From: Nannocystis bainbridge
Lineage (GTDB): Bacteria > Myxococcota_A > Polyangia > Nannocystales > Nannocystaceae
NCBI RefSeq assembly: GCF_028368995.1
Contig: NZ_JAQNDL010000001.1
Span: 3,264,001-3,328,000, forward strand
Reading direction: 5' to 3'
DNA length: 64,000 nucleotides
The notes beneath the pieces are model-generated. The model worked only from the letters and a program-made list of their open reading frames with translations, was not told the origin of the DNA and made no database searches. Below, piece after piece: positions 29,866 through 37,844 of the stretch. How positions within the stretch are numbered: position 1 is the first letter of the stretch; every line of letters starts with the position of its first letter. Both the position numbers and the translations under genes were made by a program.

Positions 29866-30810
29866 ATGGTCCTGGCTCTCTTCAAGCGCCTCCTCGGCCG
29901 CCGGCCGACAATGCCGCGCGACCAGATCACCCGCATCCCACGGGCAGTCCGCAAGGCCACCGAGCCGCAGGTCGCCGCCATCCAGGCCGCCCTCGACGAG
30001 CTCGCCGCGCTGCCGGGGCTCGCCGACATCGCCCTGAACAAGCGCGCCCCCAAGGGCTTCTACGCGGCCGCCGCCCGCTTCGTCGCCGCCTACGACGCCT
30101 ACGTCGAGGCTGTCTCGAAGCACATGAACCTCGGGTCAGCCGCCCGCCCCGGCACGCCGGAGGGGTTCCGCTGCTGCCACGAGCAGCCGGTCGGCGTCAG
30201 CGGGGTCGAGGCGCTGCTGATCTACCGCACGATCCGCCCGTGGCGTGACTTCGCTGAGGTGGCCAAGCGCCTGGCCGAGCTCGGTGAGGCGCAGTTCAAG
30301 GAGATCCAGCAGCGTCACACCGGCAAGGACCCGGAGAAGATCGCGATGACGGACACGGCGGTCGAGCAGGGCCGGCTGGCGTTCGCCCAGCGCGGCGACC
30401 TGTGCCCGCTGCTCGACCCGCAGACCCACCGCTGCCGCGTCTGGGACGTGCGACCCAACGTGTGCCGCATGCACTTCGTGGTCGGCGACCCCGAAGCCGC
30501 GGACCCGCGCAGCCCGGGGTTCGCCAAGGTGCAAGCCCGCAACATCCGCCTGCCGGTGCGCCAGCAGGTGGCGTTGATGCAGATCGAGAAGCGGATGATG
30601 CTCGGCGTGGCGCCGTTCCTCAACGCGGGCCTGCTGCAGATGCTGCAGTTCTGCGAGGGGCAGACGATCCCCGAAGTCGGCGAGACGGCGCCGCGGTTCG
30701 CCCCCGACGGCCAGCCCGCGCCGAAGGCCAACCGCAACAATCCGGCCGCCAAGAAATTTCAGAAGGAGCGCGCGCGAGAGCAGCGGCGCGCGCCCAGCAA
30801 GAAGAAGTGA
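29866..30810 (+). CDS. YkgJ-family cysteine-cluster protein
   Basis: RCCHE..VSGVEA, CPLLD...CRVWDVRPNVCR. Confidence 0.85.
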   Translation: MVLALFKRLLGRRPTMPRDQITRIPRAVRKATEPQVAAIQAALDELAALPGLADIALNKRAPKGFYAAAARFVAAYDAYVEAVSKHMNLGSAARPGTPEGFRCCHEQPVGVSGVEALLIYRTIRPWRDFAEVAKRLAELGEAQFKEIQQRHTGKDPEKIAMTDTAVEQGRLAFAQRGDLCPLLDPQTHRCRVWDVRPNVCRMHFVVGDPEAADPRSPGFAKVQARNIRLPVRQQVALMQIEKRMMLGVAPFLNAGLLQMLQFCEGQTIPEVGETAPRFAPDGQPAPKANRNNPAAKKFQKERAREQRRAPSKKK

Positions 30811-30848
30811 GGGCCCGCAGGCGGGCGCTCGGTCGCGCGGGTGCGTCA

Positions 30849-31130
30849 CGGCTGCGAAGTCGATGCGAGGCCCGCGGCCTCGCGCGAGCGCGGCGCGCCG
30901 AAGTTGCGAAGCCCCGCGGTCTCGCGTGGTGCGACGCGGCTGCGAAGTCGATGCGAAGACCGCGTCGCTCGCTCGCGTGAGCGCGGCGCGGCTGCGAAGT
31001 CGACGCGAGGCCCGCGTCCCTCGCTCGCGTGAGCGCGGCGCGGCTGCGAAGTCGATGCGAGGCCCTCGGTCCTTGCTCGCGTGAGAGCGCGCGACCTCGA
31101 AGATGATGCGAGGCCCGCGGGCCCGCGAGT
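30849..31130. repeat. ~52-bp tandem repeat, about 6 copies, between convergent genes
   Basis: GCTGCGAAGTCGA at 30851, 30939, 30991 and 31043; degenerate copies near 30897 and 31095. Confidence 0.9.
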
Positions 31131-31240
31131 GCTCGCCCGCGCGAGGCGCCAGCCAACTGCTGGAAGAAGGATGCGGGCCCCGCACCGGGGCACGTCGACC
31201 CCGCGCTCGCGGGCTCTCGACCTCCGCCGACGATGCGGCC

Positions 31241-31762
31241 CTAGGGCGCGGCCGGCGGAGGTTGCGTCCAGCGGTAGCTGACGAAGGACGTGAGCGTGCC
31301 GTTGGCGTCGCCGCACATGAACATGACGTGCTGCTCGGCGGTGTCGCCGGTCAGCGTCACGCGGCCGTCCTTCTCCTCGCGCTGCACGGTGGGCACGATC
31401 TTCGCCAGCGCCGCGGCCAGTGGGTCGACGCAGTCTTTCAAGGTGGCGCCGGCCGGAAAGGCGAACAGAATTTGCGACGTGAAGCGGCCCTGGTCATCGG
31501 TGGGCGAGCGCCCCTTCTTCGTCACGCTCGCGCCCGGCAGCAACGCCGGCGAGAACCATGACGGGTCGGCCACGGACGAGGCCGGTGCATTGGTCGAGAG
31601 CTGCACCCCCCCCGCCGGGGCCGGCGTCGGCGCTGCCGCGGGTGTCGTCGACTTCACGGGCTCGGCGGTCGGCTTCGCCGGCGCTGCTTCGGGCGAGGGA
31701 CCACAAGCGACGAGCGCGAGGGTCAAGACGGACAGGGCGCGTGGCACGGACCGAAGGGGCAT
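31241..31762 (-). CDS. Lipoprotein, hypothetical
   Basis: LVAC lipobox, Pro/Ala linker; TACACT 7 nt before ATG. Confidence 0.75.
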   Translation of the reverse strand: MPLRSVPRALSVLTLALVACGPSPEAAPAKPTAEPVKSTTPAAAPTPAPAGGVQLSTNAPASSVADPSWFSPALLPGASVTKKGRSPTDDQGRFTSQILFAFPAGATLKDCVDPLAAALAKIVPTVQREEKDGRVTLTGDTAEQHVMFMCGDANGTLTSFVSYRWTQPPPAAP

Positions 31763-31801
31763 GCGCGAAAGTGTAGCGGAAACTGTCAGGAGGGAGCCGG
31801 T

Positions 31802-32371
31802 ATGAGGAGCGGGCCGTCGGTCACTGCCACTTCGCCGTCGTCGTCGCCCCGCGAGCAGGCGCAGCCGGTGCGCCACGGGGTCGTCGTCTGTTACAACCAT
31901 CGCGAGCGCGATCTGCTCGGCGAGCTGCAGGTGCACCTGAAGCCGCTGCAAAAGCAGTGGATGCTCGACCTCTGGGACGACGTGCGCGTCGCCGGGGCGG
32001 CCCCCGAGCTGCGGCGGGCCCTCGCGACCGCGCGCGTGACGGTGCTGCTGATCTCGCCGGGCTTCCTGGCCTCGGAGTTCATCACCGAGCACCGCCTGCC
32101 GATGCTGCTGGCCGCGCAGCCGCACCCGCGCGCCGCGGTCCAGTGCCTCTACATGCGCCCGGCGATGGACGCGTTCGTCGAGTTCACGTTCGCCGACCCG
32201 CGGACCCACCAGGCCCGCAGCGTCCGGATCTCGAGCTTCTACGGCCTCAACGACCCGATGAAGCCGGTGGCCGCGTTCGACCGCCGCGGCCGCGCCGAGA
32301 TCCTCGCCAACGCGGCCGAAGAGATCATCCGCGCCGCCCACCGCGCGCCGGTGACGAGCCTCGAGGCCTGA
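31802..32371 (+). CDS. Stand-alone TIR-domain protein (degenerate)
   Basis: VVCYNHRERDLLGELQVHL..LWDD..VLLISPGFLASEFI resembles bacterial TIR_2. Confidence 0.75.
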   Translation: MRSGPSVTATSPSSSPREQAQPVRHGVVVCYNHRERDLLGELQVHLKPLQKQWMLDLWDDVRVAGAAPELRRALATARVTVLLISPGFLASEFITEHRLPMLLAAQPHPRAAVQCLYMRPAMDAFVEFTFADPRTHQARSVRISSFYGLNDPMKPVAAFDRRGRAEILANAAEEIIRAAHRAPVTSLEA

Positions 32372-32545
32372 CCCGAATCACATGTCCCCAGGGACAGGAT
32401 CGGGGGCGGCCCCGGGGCGGCATTGCCCGGGCGGCGCCGGCGAACCGGGCGACGGTCGGCTCGCCGGCGGTGCGGCCCGGCTTGTGTCGCCTGCGGGCGA
32501 CGATCTATCCTCGCCTCGCCGCGTCCGTCCGGGCGTTTCCGCTCC

Positions 32546-33490
32546 ATGCTGAACTCGCTGGCGACCTCGTGTTCGCGCGCCCGCTGGTGCGGGGTGGTCG
32601 TCGCCGCGGCGCTGGCGGGGCCGACGAAGGTCGCAGCGGCCCCCGAGCCGGCGCCGATCTCCGAGGCCGCCCAGAGCGCCTACGACCGCGGCCTGGCCGA
32701 GCGCGACGCCGGCCGGTTCCCCACGGCCGCGCGCGAGTTCGCGGCCGCCTACGCGCAGATCTCCGTCAGCCAGCGCGAGCTGCGGGCCGCCGTGCTGTTC
32801 GACCTCGTCGACGCCCACCGCGGCGCCTACACGGCCGGCGGCGAGCGCCGCGGCAACGAGCACCCGGCCGCGCACCTGTGCGCCGCCGACCGGGCCCTGG
32901 CCGACTTCATCGAGACCGAGCAGGAGCGCAAGCGCGGCCGCAAGTCGCCCGACATGGTCAAGGCGACCGGGCTGCGTGAGGAGGTCCGGAAGGACTTCAT
33001 GACCGCCAAGGCCCGCGAGGCCGACCTCGACTGCGCCGCGCTCGAGCTGCCGCGGGTGGTCGAGAAGCAGGAGGCCCTGCCCCCGCCGCCGAGCGAGGCG
33101 CCCCGCCAGCCGCGCGACCCCGACAAGCTGCTGATCGCCGGCGGGGTGACGGCCGGGGTCGGGCTGGCGCTGCTCGGGCTGATGGTCGGTGGCCTGGTCC
33201 GCGGCCAGCGCACCGAGGCCCGCGGCGCGGCGCTGGTGCAGGGGATGCCGGGGCTTTCGCCTGACGACCCGCAGCTGGCCGAGCTCGAGCGGCGCGGTCA
33301 CGGCGACAACGCGATGGCGGTGATCGGCGGGGTGTTCGGCTCGCTGGCGCTCGGCGCCGGGGTGGCCCTGCTGGTGATCGGCGCGCGGGCCAAGAAGGCG
33401 TCCGGACGGGCGGCCGAGCCGGCGCCGGTCGCCGTGTGGCCGGTGGCCTCGCCCGCGGGCGGCGGCGCGGCCCTGCGCTGGCGGTTCTGA
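32546..33490 (+). CDS. Secreted TPR-like protein with C-terminal hydrophobic hairpins
   Basis: Signal peptide, AYDRG..F.AAY TPR-like helix, hydrophobic segments, C-terminal LRWRF; immediately upstream of a kinase. Confidence 0.7.
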   Translation: MLNSLATSCSRARWCGVVVAAALAGPTKVAAAPEPAPISEAAQSAYDRGLAERDAGRFPTAAREFAAAYAQISVSQRELRAAVLFDLVDAHRGAYTAGGERRGNEHPAAHLCAADRALADFIETEQERKRGRKSPDMVKATGLREEVRKDFMTAKAREADLDCAALELPRVVEKQEALPPPPSEAPRQPRDPDKLLIAGGVTAGVGLALLGLMVGGLVRGQRTEARGAALVQGMPGLSPDDPQLAELERRGHGDNAMAVIGGVFGSLALGAGVALLVIGARAKKASGRAAEPAPVAVWPVASPAGGGAALRWRF

Positions 33491-33634
33491 CGCGCCCGGC
33501 TGTCTCTCGGGACAGATGATCCTCGCTTCATGCGCCGGCCGCGAGGATCGGGGCAGCGACTTCCGCTATGCTGGGGCGGCCCGATGCGTTCGCGTTCTTC
33601 CGGCCCGCGCAGGTCGAGCGGCCCCGGGGCCGGG

Positions 33635-35224
33635 ATGTGGCCCGCCGAAGCGGACCCGTTGCTCGGCCACACCCTGGCCGACCGCTACAAGCTCGAGCGG
33701 GCGATCGGCCACGGCGGGATGGGCACGGTCTACCGCGCCGAGCACGTCGTGATCCGCAAGCCGGTCGCGGTCAAGGTGCTCGACGCGGCCCACAGCGAGC
33801 GCCGCCGCGAGGTCGAACGCTTCCTCAACGAGGCGCGCGCGGCCTCGAAGATCCGCCACGAGCACGTGGTCGACATCACCGACTTCGGCTCGACCGACGA
33901 CGGCCTGGTGTTCCTGGTGATGGAGTACCTCGAAGGCGAGGACCTGGCGAGCACCGGCGATCGCGAGGGGGCGCTGCCGTGGCGGCGGGCGGCGGCGATC
34001 GTGCTGCAGATCGCCGCGGCGCTGGAGGCCGCACACGCGCAGGGGATCGTGCACCGCGACATGAAGCCGGAGAACTGCTTCCGGATCCGCCGCGGCAACG
34101 ACCCGGACTTCATCAAGGTGCTCGACTTCGGGATCGCCAAGATGCTCGAAGACAGCGACGTCGAGCACCCGTCGAGCGCGAGCAGCGGGCTGCTCGGCAC
34201 GCCGGAGTACCTGGCGCCGGAGCTGATCCGCGGGCTCAAGCCGGACGCACGCGTCGACATCTACGCGGTCGGGGTGATGTTCTACGACCTGATGGTCGGC
34301 CGGCTGCCGTTCGCCGGCGAGAGCTTCATGTCGACGCTCACCGCCCATCTGATGCAGCTGCCGCAGCCGCCGTCGCAGGCCCGACCGGCGGCGGAGATCC
34401 CAGAGGCGGTCGACACCGTGGTCCTGCGCGCGCTGGCCAAGGACCGCGACCAGCGCTACGCGACGATCGGCGAGTTCTCGACGGCCCTGCGCGCCGCGAT
34501 CGCCGAGGCCGACGCCGCCCTGGCGCCGCCGCCCCCGCCGCTGCCGCCCCCGCCCGTGCCCGAGAAGCGCGGGATCCACCCGCGCGTGGCGATCGCGGCC
34601 GGCGTGGCGCTCCTGGTCGTGTTCTCGGCTGTCCTTTGGACCATGGCCAAGAGGTTCTATACGAAGGACCAGGTCGAGGCCGCCGCGGTCGTCTCGGCGC
34701 CGAACGTCGCGGCGCCGGCGTTCAACCCCGCACCAGTGATCAACGAGGCGCCGCTGCCCGTCGCGCCGGCCGTCGCGCCGGCGAAGCTCGAGGCCCCCGC
34801 GCCCGAGGCTCCCACGCCCGCGGCCGTGGAGGTCGCAGTGCCCGACGTCGAGGCGGTCGAGCCGGTCGATTCGGTCGCCGCTGCCGAGAGCGACACCGAC
34901 GCCGCGCCCGAGCCGCCGCGAGGTCCGACCGCCGCGCCGAAGGGTCCGCGCAGCGGGCCGGGGCCGCTGACGGCCGGCGAGTTCACGGCGGCGATGACCA
35001 AGGTGGGCGCGCGGGTCAAGCTCGAGTGCTCGCGGTTCTCGCTGCGCAAGATGGAGGTGACGGTGCAGGTGATCGTCGGGGCCGACGGCACCGTCAAGAG
35101 CGCGGCGCCGACCGGTTCGCAGGCGGGCAGCACGCTCGGCAACTGCGTGGCGCGGGTGGTCAAGACGGCGCTGCTGCGGGCGACGCGGGCCAAGTCGACG
35201 CATCGGCACACGTTCACGATGTGA
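33635..35224 (+). CDS. Transmembrane Ser/Thr protein kinase with TonB-C/AgmX-like C-terminus
   Basis: GHGGMG, VAVK, HRDMKPEN, DFG, GTPEYLAPE; TM helix; C-terminal VIVGADGTV..LGNCVARVV; start could be 33584. Confidence 0.93.
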   Translation: MWPAEADPLLGHTLADRYKLERAIGHGGMGTVYRAEHVVIRKPVAVKVLDAAHSERRREVERFLNEARAASKIRHEHVVDITDFGSTDDGLVFLVMEYLEGEDLASTGDREGALPWRRAAAIVLQIAAALEAAHAQGIVHRDMKPENCFRIRRGNDPDFIKVLDFGIAKMLEDSDVEHPSSASSGLLGTPEYLAPELIRGLKPDARVDIYAVGVMFYDLMVGRLPFAGESFMSTLTAHLMQLPQPPSQARPAAEIPEAVDTVVLRALAKDRDQRYATIGEFSTALRAAIAEADAALAPPPPPLPPPPVPEKRGIHPRVAIAAGVALLVVFSAVLWTMAKRFYTKDQVEAAAVVSAPNVAAPAFNPAPVINEAPLPVAPAVAPAKLEAPAPEAPTPAAVEVAVPDVEAVEPVDSVAAAESDTDAAPEPPRGPTAAPKGPRSGPGPLTAGEFTAAMTKVGARVKLECSRFSLRKMEVTVQVIVGADGTVKSAAPTGSQAGSTLGNCVARVVKTALLRATRAKSTHRHTFTM

Positions 35225-35237
35225 TAGCGTCGCGGCG

Positions 35238-36011
35238 ATGAAGCGACTCACGGGCAAGCGGGCGCTGGTCACCGGCGCGACCAGCGGGATCGGTCGGGCC
35301 ATCGCGCTGCGGTTCGCGGAGGAGGGCGCGAGCCTGGCGATCACCGGGCGGCGGCTCGAGCGGCTGACCGAGACCGCCGAGCGGGCGCGGGCGGCCGGCG
35401 CCGAGGTGGTGGCGATCGCCGCCGAGCACACCCGCGGCGAGGACAACGAGCGCGTCGTCGACGAGGCGCTGCGGGGCCTCGGCGGCCTCGACGTGCTGGT
35501 CAACGCCGCCGGGGTGATCGGCAACGACTCGCTGCTCGACAGCCCGAAGCCCGACGAGTGGCGGCGGATCATGGACTGCAACCTCGAGGCGGTCTACGAC
35601 CTGACCCGAAGGGCAGCCCCGTCGCTGGCCCTTGGCCGCAATCCTTCGATCATCAACCTGTCGAGCATCGCCGGCCTGCGCCCCTACCCGACGATCCTGG
35701 CCTACTGCGTCAGCAAGGCCGCGCTCGACATGCTGACCCAGTGCCTCGCGCTCGAGCTGGCGCCGCGCGGGGTCCGGGTCAACGCGATCTGCCCGGGCGT
35801 GGTCGTCAGCGAGCTGCACACCGCCACCGGCGCGGTCGCCGACTACGCGGCGTTCCTCGAGCGCGCCAAGTCGACCCACCCGCTCGGCCGCCCCGGCCAG
35901 CCGGACGAGATCGCCGCCCTGGCGGCGTTCCTCGTCAGCGACGAGGCCGGCTGGATCACCGGCGGCCTGCACACGATCGACGGCGGCCGCACCCTGACCT
36001 CGCTGCGCTGA
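35238..36011 (+). CDS. SDR family oxidoreductase
   Basis: TGATSGIG, NAAG, YCVSK, VNAICPG. Confidence 0.95.
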   Translation: MKRLTGKRALVTGATSGIGRAIALRFAEEGASLAITGRRLERLTETAERARAAGAEVVAIAAEHTRGEDNERVVDEALRGLGGLDVLVNAAGVIGNDSLLDSPKPDEWRRIMDCNLEAVYDLTRRAAPSLALGRNPSIINLSSIAGLRPYPTILAYCVSKAALDMLTQCLALELAPRGVRVNAICPGVVVSELHTATGAVADYAAFLERAKSTHPLGRPGQPDEIAALAAFLVSDEAGWITGGLHTIDGGRTLTSLR

Positions 36012-36055
36012 GCGCTGAGCCGCGAGCCGGGCCCATCAGCTATGACGCCTCGCTA

Positions 36056-36118
36056 ATGTCCCTCGGGACATGTCTCACTGAACATGCCCGCGAAGACATG
36101 TCCTTCGGGACATGTCCT
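36056..36118. repeat. 14-bp period array of TGTC-N6-GACA
   Basis: TG(T/C)C at 36057, 36071, 36085, 36099 and 36113. Confidence 0.92.
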
Positions 36119-36759
36119 CAGGGCTTGTCGATGCCGAGCCTGGCTGCGACCGCCGGGTCCTCGACCGGATAGACCTCTTCGCGCGGGGTGACCAGCGCCT
36201 CGCGGTCGCCCTCGAACCACTCCCGGCGCTGCCTGGCCACGAACGCCGAGATGTCTTCGATCTCGACCAGCCACTCGTGCGCGTAGGCGGCGAGCGTAGG
36301 GCCGCGCAGGCCGAGCTGGATCGCCCGCCGCTCCTGCTTGTCGCCCGAGGGCCCGTGGTCCGGGTCCCACTGCAGGCGCACGTCGGAGCTCTTGCCGAGC
36401 CGCTCCCACGCCTGCCGATCGGCGTAGACCCCGGGCTCGTGGGACGAGTGGATCGCCTGCGCGAGAATTTTATTAAAGGCTTCGCGGCGGATGCGGACGG
36501 CCAGCGTCACCTCCTGGCCCTCCTTCGTGCCCCAGCCCGATCTGTACATCATCCACAAAAAATTGGGCTTCACCCACGACATGCGCTCGAGGCTGAAGGG
36601 CCCGCCGAAGCGCTGGTGCTGGGCCGCCCAGTGCCCGATCTCCGGGCGGTACGCCTGGTACACCACGATCGTCTCGGCGTCGAACTGGGCCAGGATGTGG
36701 CGGCCCGATCGTGGCCAGCGGTCGCGTTGCAAGTTGTAAGGTTCAGTGATCAGCTTCAT
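36118..36759 (-). CDS. DUF4291 family protein
   Basis: IVVYQAY, RMSWVKPNFLWMMYRSGWGTKEGQE, VRLQWDPDH, RRAIQLGL. Confidence 0.92.
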   Translation of the reverse strand: MKLITEPYNLQRDRWPRSGRHILAQFDAETIVVYQAYRPEIGHWAAQHQRFGGPFSLERMSWVKPNFLWMMYRSGWGTKEGQEVTLAVRIRREAFNKILAQAIHSSHEPGVYADRQAWERLGKSSDVRLQWDPDHGPSGDKQERRAIQLGLRGPTLAAYAHEWLVEIEDISAFVARQRREWFEGDREALVTPREEVYPVEDPAVAARLGIDKP

Positions 36760-36785
36760 GGTCATATTCTTATTAAAAAAGTCTT

Positions 36786-37607
36786 TCAGGACATGTCGTC
36801 GGGGACAGGTCCCTTGAAGTGGCAAAATTCGAGGTGGATGGTCGCGCCGATCGCCAGCATGTGCGCGGTGAGGTTCGGGTCGGCCTCGGCGACGATGCCC
36901 ATGCCTGGCAGATCTGGCCGCGCGTGCGGGCGCAGGCCGGCGAGCAGCGGCGCCGCGAAGGCCGGCTCGGCGACGCGGAACGGAAAGGCGCCGGGGAAGT
37001 CGGGGTTGAACGACGCGAACCCGAGGTGCACCGCCGCCGGCTCGGCGGGGTCGACGAGGCGCATCAAGACGCGTCCGGCCTCGCGGCCCCCGGCGAGTTG
37101 CCCGCCCGGCAGCGCGAACGCGGCCTCGATCACCGGCTCCTCGAGCGGCTCGATCGCCCGCGTGGTGAGCAGCTTGCGCGGAGCCGGCAGCGCCTCGGTC
37201 TGGGCCCACGTGAAGCGCAGCGCGGTCGAGCGATAGGCCTCGCGCATGCCGAGGCGCTGATAGAGACCGACGGCGGGCAGGTTGCCGGGCTTGACGTTGA
37301 GGCACCAGGTCGCGCAGCCGGTCGCGCGCAGCTCGGCGGCGACGGCCCGCAACATGGCGAGGCCGAGGCCGCGGCCGCGGTGCCCGGCCGCGACGATGAC
37401 GTGGCGGATGTAGCCGACGCCGGCCAGGCGCTCGAAGAACAGGTAACCGACCGCGACGCCGTGCTGGTCGAAGAACCAGGTGTTGGGGGCGATCTCGGCG
37501 GCCCAGTGCGCGGGCGAGGGGACCGGGTCGCCGGTGTCGAGTTCGGGGAAGAGGCGGGCGAACGCGGGGTAGTCGTCGCCGCCCGCGAGACGGTGCGCGA
37601 GGACCAT
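36786..37607 (-). CDS. GNAT family N-acetyltransferase
   Basis: HRGRGLG, LNVKPGNLPAVGLYQRLG. Confidence 0.88.
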   Translation of the reverse strand: MVLAHRLAGGDDYPAFARLFPELDTGDPVPSPAHWAAEIAPNTWFFDQHGVAVGYLFFERLAGVGYIRHVIVAAGHRGRGLGLAMLRAVAAELRATGCATWCLNVKPGNLPAVGLYQRLGMREAYRSTALRFTWAQTEALPAPRKLLTTRAIEPLEEPVIEAAFALPGGQLAGGREAGRVLMRLVDPAEPAAVHLGFASFNPDFPGAFPFRVAEPAFAAPLLAGLRPHARPDLPGMGIVAEADPNLTAHMLAIGATIHLEFCHFKGPVPDDMS

Positions 37608-37844
37608 GACCGCGAGGGTAGCAGGTCGCGCGCCCGCGGACGCGACCGCCGGGCGACGCGCCAGCGTGGCCGTCGCTCGCGCTCGAAAGCACTCGAGGCG
37701 CTCGTCGGTGCGTCCGCCGGGAAGGCTCGCGGGAGAGCGTGCTCGCGACGCGGGGATGCCTCCTGCGCTCGGCCTCGGCGAAGTCTTGCTGCGCCGCTCC
37801 GGAGCGGTTGAATTTCACCGCCCGCGGCACTACGGTCCCGCGTC

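Noticed and set aside
36056-36118. GGACATGTCC matches the eukaryotic p53 half-site RRRCATGYYY
   Set aside because: The context is clearly bacterial and the half-site spacing is 4 bp; treated as coincidence.
36460-36790. AT-rich patches in and upstream of the DUF4291 gene as a possible island
   Set aside because: Too short, with no mobility genes or boundary repeats; insufficient evidence.
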